Assembly (NCBI GenBank): GCA_964016885.1
Contig: OZ024740.1
Coordinates: 235,972,001 to 236,036,000, forward strand
Direction of reading: 5' to 3'
Source of the DNA: Eledone cirrhosa
Taxonomy: Eukaryota
Length of the DNA: 64,000 nucleotides
The translations under genes and the position numbers were made by a program. The notes below the pieces were generated by a model, which made no database searches, had not been told where the DNA came from, and saw only the letters and a list, made by a program, of their open reading frames with translations. Shown piece after piece: positions 12,246-24,059 of the stretch (position 1 is the stretch's first letter; each line of letters starts with the position of its first letter).

Positions 12246-13131
12246 GGAAGCTGAGAATAGGAACTTTGCCAATGTTTTGCGCCGAGAGGATCAGAAACAT
12301 GAGGTGTTCTACATTGCAAAGCAGTGTGTCAGTGTAAATCAGAATGTTGTTGAAGATAATTGTATCTGAAATGATGCTGGTGCACTTAGCGTCACTGATG
12401 CTCAGAAAAAGGAGGCCTGGAAATGTCACTATGAGAGACTGATGAATAGGAGAGAGAAATTACCCCAGCAGACCCAGAAGAGGGACCAGCTATTGAGGTT
12501 GACAACTATAAGATCAAAGAGGCAATTAAAGGAATGAAAAGTGGTAAGGCCGCTTGACCGTCAGGGACAGTTGCTGAGATGTTGAAGGCATCATGAGAAG
12601 TAGGTACTAAACTAGTTACACACAGTCAATCAAATTATATATGGCGGAGTCATACCCAAAGAGTGGTACAGCAGTATTCTTGTTAATTGTTACAAAGGTA
12701 AAGGGGATGCTCTGGAGAGGAGCAATTATAGGGGCATAAAACTGATGGATCAGGTTATGAAAGTGACTGAAAGACTGTTAGCACAACTAATTAGAGAAAG
12801 AGTCAAATTAGATGAGATGCAGTTTGGTTTTGTGCTTGGGAAAAGTACAACAGATGCCCTCTTCTTAGTGAGACAATTACAAAAGAGGTTCTTAGAGAAG
12901 AATAAGCCACTATATTTAGCTTTTGTTGACCTAGAGAAGGCCTTTGATAGGGTACCCCGATCTGTCATCTGGTTGTCCCTAAGGAAATTAGATGTAGAGG
13001 AATGGCTTGTGAGGACTACTATGTACAGAAGAGTTGTCAGTAAAGTGAAAGTAGGAATAAAGTTTAGTGAGGAATTCCAGATACAAGTAGGAATTCATCA
13101 GGGTTCGGTCCTCAGCAGACTTTTATTCATT
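12246..13131 (+). mobile_element. RTE (family A) fragment: linker and N-terminal RT half
   Basis: ORF 12745..13146: QFGFVLGKSTTDALF...DLEKAFDRVP...GIHQGSVLS; homologous to 15850-16760. Preceded by a separate 3'-end fragment at 12060-12245. Confidence 0.9.
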
Positions 13132-13319
13132 TTAAACCACCTGTGACCTGTTGGGTCATGTTCACTTCAAAATATAAAAAAAAAAATCATGTTCACTTAA
13201 AAATAATTAAAGAATGTATATACTTTGAGCTGATCGATCATGAACCTTGTGTCACATGTGAATAAACATAATGATGTATTTATACTTCATTCCTGCTACT
13301 TGTTATTCTATATATACAT

Positions 13320-14331
13320 ATCATCATCATCATTATCATTTTATGTCTCCTTTTCCCTGCTTGCAAGGGTGGGACGGGTCCTCCTCATTACAGCATCTCT
13401 CCACTTGTCACTGTCCTTCATCATCTCTGTGAGCTTCAGCGATCTGAGGTCAGCTCTCACCACCTCCGCCGATGTTTTTTGTGGTCTTCCTCCACTGTGT
13501 CTTCCTTCCACTGGAATTTCTTGGCACTTCTTCACCCAGCAGTCATCATCCATGCGTATCACATGACCATACCAACACAGTCTTCACTCCTGCACACTAC
13601 AGTTTATTCCTCTTATACACCTCAACTCATCCATGCTGCCTCTTTCACGCACATTGACATTGTACATCCATTGGAGCATGCTTGCTTCATTTCTCTCCAA
13701 CCTTTGCATATCCTCCACAGTTGCTGCCCATGTTTCACTACCGTGCAGCATCATGCATCTCACACAGGCATCATACAACCGACCTTTTGTTCACAGGGAG
13801 AAACCCTTTGTTGTCACCAGAAGAGGCAGCTCCCTAAACTTCTTCCATTCTGTCCTTATCCTCCCTTGCTAATCTGATCACCTAGATATCGGAAGCTATC
13901 AACCACCTCTATAGATCCTACCTTCATTTGAAAAATGTGCCTATCATTGACACTTATACTATCAATTTTCCTTGAACATCTATTACATATGAAGTTTTCC
14001 TTTCCTGTTAGTTTGCCTGCTATCCCACTACACCTCTTGTGTACCCAAGATCTGTATTGTGTACATTCTATAGAGTTTATTCCAACTGCTTTTCTACATA
14101 TCGAGCATGGCCATTTCCCTGATCGAATCAGTCTTGTCCTCTTTCCCACTTATCAATACTTAGTCTTTACGAGGTTCACTCTCAGTCCCTTTGATTCCAA
14201 CTGCTGTTTCCACAGCTGGAAATTATTCTCTAGTTCCTCTACTGATTCTGCTATAAGTACTAGATCATCAGCATAGAGAAGTTCCCATGGGCAGCCAATC
14301 TTAAACTCCTCTGTTATGGCTTGAAGAACTA
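13320..14331 (-). mobile_element. RTE (family A) fragment: C-terminal RT half, PHD-like finger, (ATG)n tail
   Basis: IVLQAITEE...LYADD...CSIC...WVHKRC...C..C; tail (CAT)n at 13320. Confidence 0.9.
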
Positions 14332-14760
14332 TCTATCTATATACTACTAAAATTCTGTGATTGCTTGCTTGCTTGTCTGTAATGTAATACAGCCAAAAGG
14401 GCGCATAATGGGAAAATACTTTGAAAGGAGGTTGGCCCTGAAATGTGAATACAAATGGAATACAAGTTTTGCGTAAATCGGTGCACAGGTTACCGAGATA
14501 TGGGGTTTTCCTGGGTACCTTCATAAATAGAGAGAGAGAAGGAGAAAGAGATAGTGGTTGTGAGAGAGTAGATTGAAAGAGAGACATAGAGAGAGAAAGA
14601 AAATGGAAGAGAGAGAGAGCTGGTAGTGTTGTTGAATGAAATTATAACTGGTGACTTCAAAGAAACGAATACAGCATTACTGTATCCTGCTAAATACAAA
14701 GGGTTTCTAAGTGTATGTGTGTGTGTGACCAGTGTATATAGGTAACAGACACAACGCATA
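14332..14760 (+). mobile_element. Helitron/HINE-like non-autonomous repeat; second copy 18528-18830
   Basis: Starts A|TCTATCTATATA...AAAATTC, then (GCTT)n/GTCT microsatellite and AAATCGGTGCA...CCGAGATA motif; two copies clearly homologous. Class assignment is inference. Confidence 0.45.
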
Positions 14761-14789
14761 TATATATATATATATATATGTGTATACAC

Positions 14790-17700
14790 ATCATCATCAT
14801 CATCATCATCATTTAACGTCCGCTCTTCCCTGCTTGCAAGGGTGGGACGGGTCTTATTCAGCACAGCATCTCTCCACTCGTCACGGTCCCTCGTCATCTC
14901 CACCGTGAGCTTCAATGATCTGAGGTCTGTTCTCACCACTTCCGCCCATGTTTTTCGTGGTCTACCTCTACCACGTCTTCCTTCAACTGGCAATTCCTGG
15001 CATTTCTTCACCCATCGGTCATCCTCCATGCGCATCACATGTCCATTCCACCTCAGTCTCCTCTCCCGTACACTACATTCTATCCCTCTCAGACACAGTT
15101 TCTCTCTCAACACATTTATGCTGGGTCGTTCACGGACATTTACACTGCACATCCAATGGAGCATGCTTGCCTCATTTCTCTCCAGCCGTCGCATATCCTC
15201 TGCAGTTGCTGCCCATGTCTCACTACCATGCAGCATCGCGCTCCTCACACAGGCATCATACAACCATCCTTTCGTACGCAGGGAGAAACCCTTCTTCGTC
15301 AACAGAGGAAGCAGCTCCCTAAACTTCTTCCAACCCGTCCTTATTCTAGATACTATGGCCTCGGAACACCCTCCTCCCATGCTAATCTGATCTCCTAGGT
15401 ACCGGAAGCTATCCACCACTTCTATAGTGCCCTCCTGCATTTGAAAAATGTGTCTATCAATGCGACTTCTACTGTCTAATTTCCCTGTACATCTACTGCA
15501 TACATATTTCTCCCTACCTGTTAGTTTGCCTGCTATCCCGCTACATCTCTTGTGTACCCAGGATCTGCATTGTGTGCATTTTATAGAATTTATGCCAGTT
15601 CTTTTTCTGCATATCGAACATGGCCATTTCCCTGACGGAATCAGGGTTTTGTCCTCTTTTCTACTCATCAACACTTTTGTCTTAGCTAGATTCACTCTCA
15701 GTCCTCTTGCTTCCAACTGCTGTTTCCATAGCTAGAATTTATTCTCTAGCTCCTCTACTGATTCTGCTATAAGAACCAGATCGTCAGCATAGAGAAGTTC
15801 CCATGGACAGCCAGTCTTAAACTCCTCTGTTACGGCTTGGAGGACTATAATGAACAAGAGCGGGCTGAGGACCGAACCCTGATGTACTCCTACTTGTATC
15901 TGGAATTCCTCACTAAACTCCATTCCTACCCTGACTTTACTGAGAGTACCTCTGTACAAAGTTTGCACTGTCCTCACAAGCCATTCCTCAACACCTAGCT
16001 TCCTTAGGGACCACCAGATGACAGATCGAGGTACCCTATCAAAGGCCTTCTCTTGGTCAACAAAGGCTAAGTATAGTGGCTTATTCTTCTCTAAGAACCT
16101 CTCTTGCAATTGTCTCACCAAGAAGAGGGCATCTGTTGTACTCTTCCCAGGCACAAAACCAAACTGCATCTCATCTAGTTTGACCCTTTCTCTAATTAGT
16201 TGTGCTAAAATCCTTTCTGCCACTTTCATAACCTGATCTATCAGTTTTATACCCCTATAATTGCTTCTCTCCAAAGCATCCCCTTTACCTTTGTAGCAAT
16301 TTATGAGAATACTGCTGCACCAGTCTTTGGGTATGACACCACCATATATAGCCTGATTGATGATGCGTGCAACCAGTTTAGTGCCTACGTCACCTGATGC
16401 CTTCAGCATCTCAGCAACTATTCCCGATGGTCCGGCAGCCTTACCATTTTTCATTTCCCTAATCGCCTCTTGGACCCTATATTCGTCACTCTCAATAGCT
16501 GGTCCCTCTGTCGGATCTACCAAGGGTAATTTCTCTCTCTCTCATTCGTTCTCCACATTCATCAGTCTCTCATATAGACATTTCCAGGCCTCCTTTTTCT
16601 GATCATTCGTGACACTAAGTACACCGGCATCATCCCGGACACATTTATCTCCAACAACATCCTGATTTGCATTGACACACTGCCTTGCAATGTGGAACAC
16701 TGCACGCCTCTGATCTTCCCGTCGCAGAACATTGGCAAACCTCCTACTCTCTGCCTCCCTGCATGCTAAGTACACCTGACGTCTAGCTTCTCTCTTAGTG
16801 GCTGTATATTCTTCCCTACTCCCACCCTTTTTCCAAGCCTTCCATGCTAGTCTTTTGTCTCTAATAGCCTTATCTACTGTGCTGTTCCACCACCAGGTCA
16901 CTCTCTGTCTGGTTGGAGCTCTGCTCCAGCCACAGGTTTCATCAGTAGCCTGCAGCAAGTTGTCACGTAAGAAATTCCAGTTATTATCTATGTCATACGT
17001 CTCTAAATCGTCTTCTTTTTCGTCATATACATCTTGAAGGGCTTTCCTAAATTTGTATTTTAGTGAAAGGTCTTTCAGCTTCCAGACCTTTCTTCTCCAC
17101 ACCTTCCTATATGTCTCATTCCATCTCTTGCTTACTGAGATATCACTAATGACTAACCTATGCTGTGGGGTACATTCTTCCCCAGGGTATGCCTTGGTAT
17201 TAGACACTATCTGCTTGTCCTGCTGCCTAACTAGTAAGAAGTCAATCTGGCTTATGTGCTCACCAGATTTGTAGGTTATTAGGTGATTGGCAGGTTTCTG
17301 GAAGTTTGTGTTGCAAATAGTCAATGTACCCGCATCACAAAATTCAAGAAGTCTCACTCCTTCTTCATTTCTTGAACCGTAATCGTGCCTACCATGTACC
17401 CCAGTGTAACCATCCTGGAGCTGTCCAACATGACCATTGAAGTCTCCTGCTAGCATAACGATGTCTCCGTCCTCTGTCATTGCGGTTGTTTGCAAAAGTT
17501 GCTCATAAAAGCAGTTTTTCTCATCTTTGCCTAGGCCTGCTTGGGGAGCATGAGATGATTGTCAGTAGTCTCCTACCTACAACTAATCTAAGCTTAATTA
17601 TTCGATTACTAACTCGAACTACCTCTATTGTCTTATTGATCCATTTCTCAGCCAGGAAAATGCCTACTCCCCCTAGCCCATCATCCTTACCTACCCAGAA

Positions 17701-17900
17701 TAGCTTATAGCTAAGACGCTTGCCTACGACTAGTCTCGCAGAGGCACCTCTCCATCTCACCTCTTGCACGCAGCACACACCCACATGCCTTCTCTCCAGC
17801 ATCTCCGCTATTTCAGCAGATCTACCTCTGAGAGTGCCAACATTAAGTGTTGCAACTCTGAGATGCGACGTCTTCATATTTTGTTGTTATTCCTATTTGT
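14790..17900 (-). mobile_element. Near full-length RTE-clade LINE (family A): APE, RT, PHD-like finger; inactivated
   Basis: LRVATLNVGTL...VQEVRW...GDFNGHVG...QHRLV (APE); GVHQGSVLSPLLF...LYADD (RT); C4HC3-like finger; (ATG)n tail. One frameshift near 17510 and in-frame stops at 16542 and 15732. Confidence 0.95.
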
Positions 17901-18340
17901 TGCTGTGCTGATAAGCGTTTTGGCATTGATACACTGGTTGGATGCCCTTCCTAACACCACCGCCACTTTACAGCATGGACTGGGTGCTTTTATTTGTGCC
18001 ACCAGCACTAGAGAGGATGTCTTACTAGACTCAAGGGCCCTCTCTACCCCTCCATTTTACAGCATGGTCATAAAAAAAACAAACTTATTGACACGACGTA
18101 CACACACACACCAACACTCATGCATACAAACCACAACCACACACACGCCACTCACATACCAACACTCATTCATGCATACAATCACACACACCACTCACAA
18201 ACACACATATATATATATTACCGACAGTACTGATACAAATACAAAATCAAAATCAATATCATACACACGTATATATAATATATATATATGGGCCTTCCAA
18301 TTTCATTTTACATTATATACATGTCTATGTATATTTTAAT

Positions 18341-18502
18341 TACCGTATTTCAGGTCATCGAAGATGCTACTTTTTTCCTAAAATAAGTCTCAAAAATCTA
18401 CCATGTGTCCTAGAGGCCGAAGGTTGTTTATTATATTTTTTTTGTCAAAATTAGAGTACATCCTTGAGGACAAAAGCGTCTTCAGTGCCTGGAAATACAG
18501 TA
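18341..18502. mobile_element. Small pogo/Tc2-like MITE
   Basis: TA-CCGTATTTC...GAAATACAG-TA imperfect terminal inverted repeats. Confidence 0.5.
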
Positions 18503-18837
18503 TTTTAAAATTATTTTTAAGTGAACGTCTAGTATACTTCTAAAATTCTATGATTGCTTGCTTGCTTGTCTGTAATGTAATACAGCTAAAAGGGTGCATG
18601 ATGGGAAAATACTTTGACAGGAAGTTGATCCTGAAATTCGAATACAAATGGAATAAATCATGTTTCACGTAAATCGGTGCATGGGTTCCCGAGATACAGG
18701 GTTTTTATGGGTACCTTCCTAAATAGAGAGGGTGAAGGATGGAGAGGAAGAGATAGTGGTTGTGAGAGAGTAGATTGAAAGAGAGACATAGAAGGAGAAT
18801 AGAAGAGATGTGGTGTTGTTGTGTATATATATATATA

Positions 18838-19603
18838 TATATGCGGTGCAGACGGTATTTGAGGGCAGATTTATGGTTTAAAAAAAACGCTTATATAATA
18901 ACAGAAAAAAACCTGTATTCTTATAAAAATAACATAAACATAAAAGTAAATTATCAATTTAATAATTTCATTCAATAAAACCACCATAAGCATCAATAAC
19001 TACCTCTACGTGTGGTTGAAATCGTTTACAAGCTCGGATTAAGTGGTCCTTGTACATATCGGACATGACTCGAATTATGGCGGCTTTCAAAGAATCTTTG
19101 GTGCTATGGGGGTGTTCATTGCCATTTTTCTCAACATGCTCCATACATAGTAGTCCAGTGGATTGAGATCTGGAGAATTAGGAGGCCAAATGTTGGGGAT
19201 GATGTGATCATGCAATTTTACGGTCATCTATTCTTGTGTCATTTGAGCATTCAAAGCCACAATCACAGCATACTTTTTCATTTCATTAGTAAGCATAGTT
19301 ATTTTCATTGTTATTTTCTGAAATAGAAGTTCAATAAAAATTAGTCAAATAAAATAATTGTTTCTACTTTTGGCACAAGGCCAGCAATTACCCAGTGCAT
19401 TACTGGTACTTTATTTTATTGACCCCGTAAGGATGAAAGGCAAAGTAAACCTTGGCGGGATTTGAACTCAGAATGGCAAGGACCGTAACTCTATGCGTCA
19501 AAGCATGGCGTCCGACCCTCTACCGATACTACCAATCCACCATTAGTCAAATAAAATAATGACTAAAAATGCATGTGTCCTCAAATACCGTCCACACCCT
19601 GTA
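18838..19603 (-). mobile_element. Internally deleted Tc1/mariner (maT/DD37D-like) element
   Basis: TIRs GGTGCAGACGGTATTTGAGGGCA / TGTCCTCAAATACCGTCCACACC; minus-strand remnant IWPPNSPDLNPLDYYVWS at ~19140-19192. Confidence 0.75.
19359..19541 (-). mobile_element. tRNA-derived SINE with Deu/Nin-like domain, inserted in the maT-like element; other copies 25555-25762 and 31257-31445
   Basis: Minus strand GAGTTCAAATCCCGCC...GCCTTTCATCC...GGGGTC(A/G)ATAAAATAAAGTACCAG. TSD ATTAGTCAAATAAAATAAT at 19340-19358 and 19542-19560. The 31.3-kb copy has TSD TAATTATGAATAAT. Confidence 0.8.
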
Positions 19604-19834
19604 TATATATGTCTATGACCAGTATATATAGATCACAGACACCCATATATATATATATATACACATACATACACACATATATACATGTTTACACACATAC
19701 ACATTTATATATATATATATATACATACACACACGTATATCTATGGGCCTTCCAGTTTCATTTCACATTATATACATTTTTTAATTGACTCTGGAATCAA
19801 CAACTCATCAGTCTTGTGGATTCTCATATATATA

Positions 19835-19867
<33 letters not shown>

Positions 19868-20207
19868 GGAGGCACATGGCTTAGTGGTTAGAGCATTGGC
19901 CTTGCAATCGAAAGGTTGTGAGTTCAATTCTCAGACCGGGTGATGTGTTGTTTCCTTGAGCAAGACACTTTATTTCACATTGCTCGAGTTTACTCAGCTG
20001 TAGAAATGAGATGATAGGGACTGGGGTCCCTATCATTCCACTGCAAAGTGGTCGTGGAGGTGCCACGGAAAAAAAGTACCCAGCACTCACTGTAAATGAG
20101 GTTGGTGTTAGGAAGGGCATCCAGCTGTAGAAATCAAGCCAGAATCAGTTCCCGTCCCACCCTTGCAAGCAGGGAAAAGTGGACGTAAAATGAAATGATG
20201 ATGATGA

Positions 20208-20210
<3 letters not shown>
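19868..20210 (+). mobile_element. Young tRNA-derived SINE with Meta-like domain and RTE-derived tail; copies 49388-49838, 51206-51602, 52844-53195 (+), 60590-60953 (-)
   Basis: A box TGGCTTAGTGG, B box GAGTTCAATTCT; five near-identical copies; (GAT)n tails matching RTE 3' ends. Confidence 0.9.
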
Positions 20211-20236
<26 letters not shown>

Positions 20237-20241
<5 letters not shown>

Positions 20242-20548
20242 TTGTCCCCCGGTATTTCTCATGGGTTACGTTCCTAGAGCACCCGCGAATATTGGATGTA
20301 GTCCAAAAAAATGCCTATAAAAGCATCAAAACATAATGTAAAATATAGGCCAGCAACTACGGTATATTAATGATTTAGCATTAAAGAGTGTGGAAAAGTA
20401 TATATTGCCATGAAGAAAGCATAATAAAAATCGTGGAAGATATTTACGACCCCGCGAATATGCGGTGTTTTCCACGAACAATTATTAGTTAGTTTCTGAG
20501 GAAAATTCTGCGAATAACTGGGGTCATGAATGCCGGGGTTACACTGTA
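20237..20548. mobile_element. Tigger/pogo-like MITE
   Basis: TA-CAGTTGTCCCCCGGTATT...GAATGCCGGGGTTACACTG-TA. Confidence 0.65.
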
Positions 20549-20554
20549 TATCAT

Positions 20555-22355
20555 CATCATCATCATCATCAACGTTTAACGTCCGTGTTCCACGCTTGCA
20601 TGGGTTTGGACGGGGGTAGTCCCACTTGAGGCAAGAGTGATTGTCTTGCTCGCATAGGACTGTCTGGCAGGTTTTCTACAGTTGGATGCCCTTCCTAACA
20701 CCAACCACATTTACAGTGTGGGACTGGGAGGTTTTTACCGTGTTGCCTACACGGCCACATTACAGCGTGGACTGTGTGTTTTTTTGTCGTGACACCTACA
20801 CGATCTCATTTGTTTCGGCCTGGATGGCGCGGCACCAACATAACTTTACATAGAACGGGGTGGTGTGGATGGGGTGGGGGTGGTGGTGGTGGGACGGGGT
20901 GTATTTTGTTAGAGATGCCTACTGGCTGGAGTAGGTTTTACTATATATTTAGGTAAGGCGGGTCTTCTCTGTTACTGAGTACCGCCAAAGGTCTCGGTCC
21001 AGTGACATTGTCTTGGAGAGGTGTAAGTGTGTGATGTCGGAGTTTATCAGCTCGTCCCAGGTTTTTCTAGGTCTGCCTATTCCGTGACTACCGTCTATCT
21101 TTATTGCCCTGCACTTTGTTATACAGCTATCGACTTTCATGCGCATCACGTGTCCATACCAACGTAGCCTTCTCTCGAGTAAACAACATCTGATCCCTCT
21201 TATCTCTAATTTTTTCCTTAGTTCGTTTATGCTTTGCCGTTCACGTATATTACTGTTACACATCCAGCGGAGCATGCAAGCTTCGTTCCTCTCTAGTCTG
21301 CGTATATCCTCTGCACACAATGCCCAGGTCTCACCGCCATGCAGCATTGCTGTTCGTATGCAGGCATCGTACAACCTGCCTTTCATTTTTAGGGAGAACC
21401 CTTTAGCAGCTAATAGTGGTATAAGCTCTCTGAACTTTTTCCAACCAGTTCTGACTCTAGCTACAGTACTTTCAGAGCACCCTCCCCCACTGCTGATTTT
21501 ATCGCCCAGGTAACGGAAGCTGTCCACTATTTCTATAGAACCCTCTGCGCAATTGAAAGAGCTAGTATTTTGTGGGCACTTGCTGCTACTTATTGCACCA
21601 GAACACCGGCCACATGTAAAATCTATGTTCTTAGTTAGCTTACCTGTGATCCCACTACATCTTTTATGCACCCATACTTTGCATTTAGGACATAAAATGG
21701 AGTTTCTACCTACGCCTTTCCTACACACCGAGCACGACCATTTCCCAGAAGGGATCGCCGCCTTGTTTTCTTTCCTACAAACTAGAACTTTGGTCTTAGC
21801 CAGGTTAATTTTAAGTCCTTTTGACTCTAGGCCGTGCTTCCATGTTTGGAATTTCTTCTCTAGCTCGGTCATTGATTCCGCTATGAGTGTCAGGTCGTCT
21901 GCGTATAGGAGTTCCCATGGGCAGCCTGTCTTGAACTCCTCTGTTATAGCCTGAAGGGCAATAATAAATAGTAGGGGGCTGAGAACAGAGCCCTGATGGA
22001 CGCCAACTTTTACGCTAAACTCTTCACTATATTCGTTGTTAATTCTAACCTTGCTGACTGTTTCTTTATACATGGCTTGTATAGCCCTCACAAGCCATTC
22101 GTCAACGCCTAGTTTTCTAAGAGCCCACCAGATAATGGAGCGGGGGACTCTGTCGAAGGCTTTCTCCAAGTCGACAAAAGCTAAGTAGAGGGGTTTACCT
22201 TTAGCTAGGTACTTCTCCTGTAGTTGTCGTACTATGAAAAGAGCGTCTGTGGTACTTTTGCCTGACACAAACCCGAACTGCATTTCATCTAGGTCAATTC
22301 TCTCTCTGATTAGTTGCGCTATTACTTTTTCCGTGACCTTCATGACCTGGTCGAT
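20555..22355 (-). mobile_element. 5'-truncated RTE LINE (family B) with uninterrupted 464-aa RT-PHD ORF
   Basis: ORF 20949..22343 with DLEKAFD, GVHQGSVLSP, YADD and CSVC...WVHKRC...C..C; ~390-nt 3' UTR; (ATG)n tail. Confidence 0.93.
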
Positions 22356-22526
22356 TAATTATATATATATATGTGTGTGTGTGTATATAAATATATATAA
22401 ATGTAATCTGAGTTTTTCAAATATCAATAATAACATTCGTTTACAATTATACAAACAAGCCTCGATTTTATAGCCATGTCAGTAGAATGAACCCTTCATT
22501 CTTGCTCTTATGCTGGCATGCGAACA

Positions 22527-22576
22527 GAACTGCAGACACTAATGTTTCTGGGTATCATCCTTCATCAGTACAGCTC
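22527..22576 (-). ncRNA. Type I hammerhead ribozyme in (TA)-flanked element 22400-22870
   Basis: Minus strand GAGCTGTA-CTGATGA-AGGATGATACCCA-GAAA-CATTAGTG-TC-TGCAGTTC: 8-bp stem I (2 GU), intact core, short stem II, near-palindromic stem III, GUC cleavage triplet. Confidence 0.8.
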
Positions 22577-22941
22577 ACTGTTCACCTGCCAAACTGTCAG
22601 AGCTAGTGAAAATATATGCTATTTTCAAAAATACACAGTGACTGATCTGCCTGATTTGCATATTAGCAGACTAGCTGACCAGTCAGATCTGCATATTAGC
22701 AGATCCACTGATCAGCCAGATTTGCATATCAGCAGACTAGCCAGTCGGTTTCCTGTATACGAGCGATAAATGGCCGGCTTTGCCAAATTCAAATAAAAAA
22801 GAAAATTTTCACTCTACATGGCTGAATATAATAACTGTATCAGCCATGTAGAGCGAACATTTTCTTTTATATATATATATATATATGAAAAACAAGGTTA
22901 GAGGTTGCGTGGTTGCACATGGGTTACATATTATACAATTA

Positions 22942-23043
22942 GTCCCTCATCAGTGATTTGCCAACCATCATTGGTATTTCATCGCATTAAAAATCAGATA
23001 CCTCAGGTTGGTGCGAGCAATAACTAAAATAAGCTATTGGGAC
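22942..23043 (-). ncRNA. Candidate non-circularly permuted hammerhead ribozyme in element 22885-23502
   Basis: Minus strand GTCCC...TCGCA-CCAACC-tga-GGTAT-C-TGATTT-ttaa-TGCGA-T-GAAA-TACC-aatgat-GGTTGG-c-AAATCA-CTGATGA-G-GGAC. All core elements and complementary stems are present in a non-canonical order. Confidence 0.65.
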
Positions 23044-23496
23044 AAGTGAGTCGCGTAAAGCGAATGAGACAAGTGAACAACATAGAAGGATAAAAGCAAA
23101 CCGAAGATAGGAAAAAAAACAAGCAACATGGTTATCCATTCAGCATAAGCTGGGTGAATTTCATGAGCGGTCAGAAAAACAGACCATACGCCATGGATGA
23201 GGTGTGAGAAAGAAGGAACCCCACTACTAACGAACGGGAGGAAGTGAGAAGGGGAGAAACAGAGAGTGAGTGAGTGGAAGTGCGAGGAAGAGGTCAGTCG
23301 AGAGAAAGTGTAACTGACAGAGGGGGCGAAAGAAGGTAAGAGAAACAGAGAGAACGGGGGAGCAGTCAGAGAGAAAGAGAGAAACAGATAATCGTAGTCT
23401 AGGTAAATATATATGAAAAACAAGGTTAGAGGAATACTGCGTGGTTGCACATGGGTTACATATTATAAAATGAGTCCCTCATCAGTGATTTGTCAA

Positions 23497-23558
<62 letters not shown>

Positions 23559-23949
23559 GGATGATCGAATTTAAAGTCTGTTAAAGGTTCTTAGCACTAC
23601 CATTGTTACCATCACTTTCCTCTAACCATGGGGCCTGGAGACATGAACTGAATGCTACCATTCTATTTTATATCAATGTTAACTGCTATTGCTAATAGCC
23701 ATCTTTTTACCCCTGATAATTTATGTGTGAGACACGTTGGCTGAGGGCTTCTGACAGGAACTAAAAGATTGATTCTTTTTAGCTTCCCGTCCCCACGTAA
23801 AATTTGTAAATCAGTGGCTAGTTGAGAGATAGAGTCCTATCGGTTGCCAGTTGCTAATAGCTTTACCGTGTCGGTTATCACAAACAGTTATGACCGGCAT
23901 GGGCCGGTGTTTGGATTCTGTCGATCGATTGGTTATTGATTAGGCGATA

Positions 23950-24059
23950 CCCGCTGATGAAGCCGCATAAGCCGATTGTGCATTGTTGCATAATATATGC
24001 AGACAGATGGTGCAGTGCACCTTACTGCTGCATTAGTGCGGCAGAAACTCGAGTCCGGG
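23950..24059 (+). ncRNA. Type I hammerhead ribozyme with long stem II in (TA)-flanked element 23556-24210
   Basis: CCCG-CTGATGA-A-GCCGCAT...GTGCGGC-A-GAAA-CTCGAG-TC-CGGG; palindromic stem III; GUC triplet ending at 24055. Confidence 0.85.

Noticed and set aside
19868-19940. tRNA gene
   Set aside because: A and B boxes are present, but it is the head of a multi-copy SINE with no complete cloverleaf.
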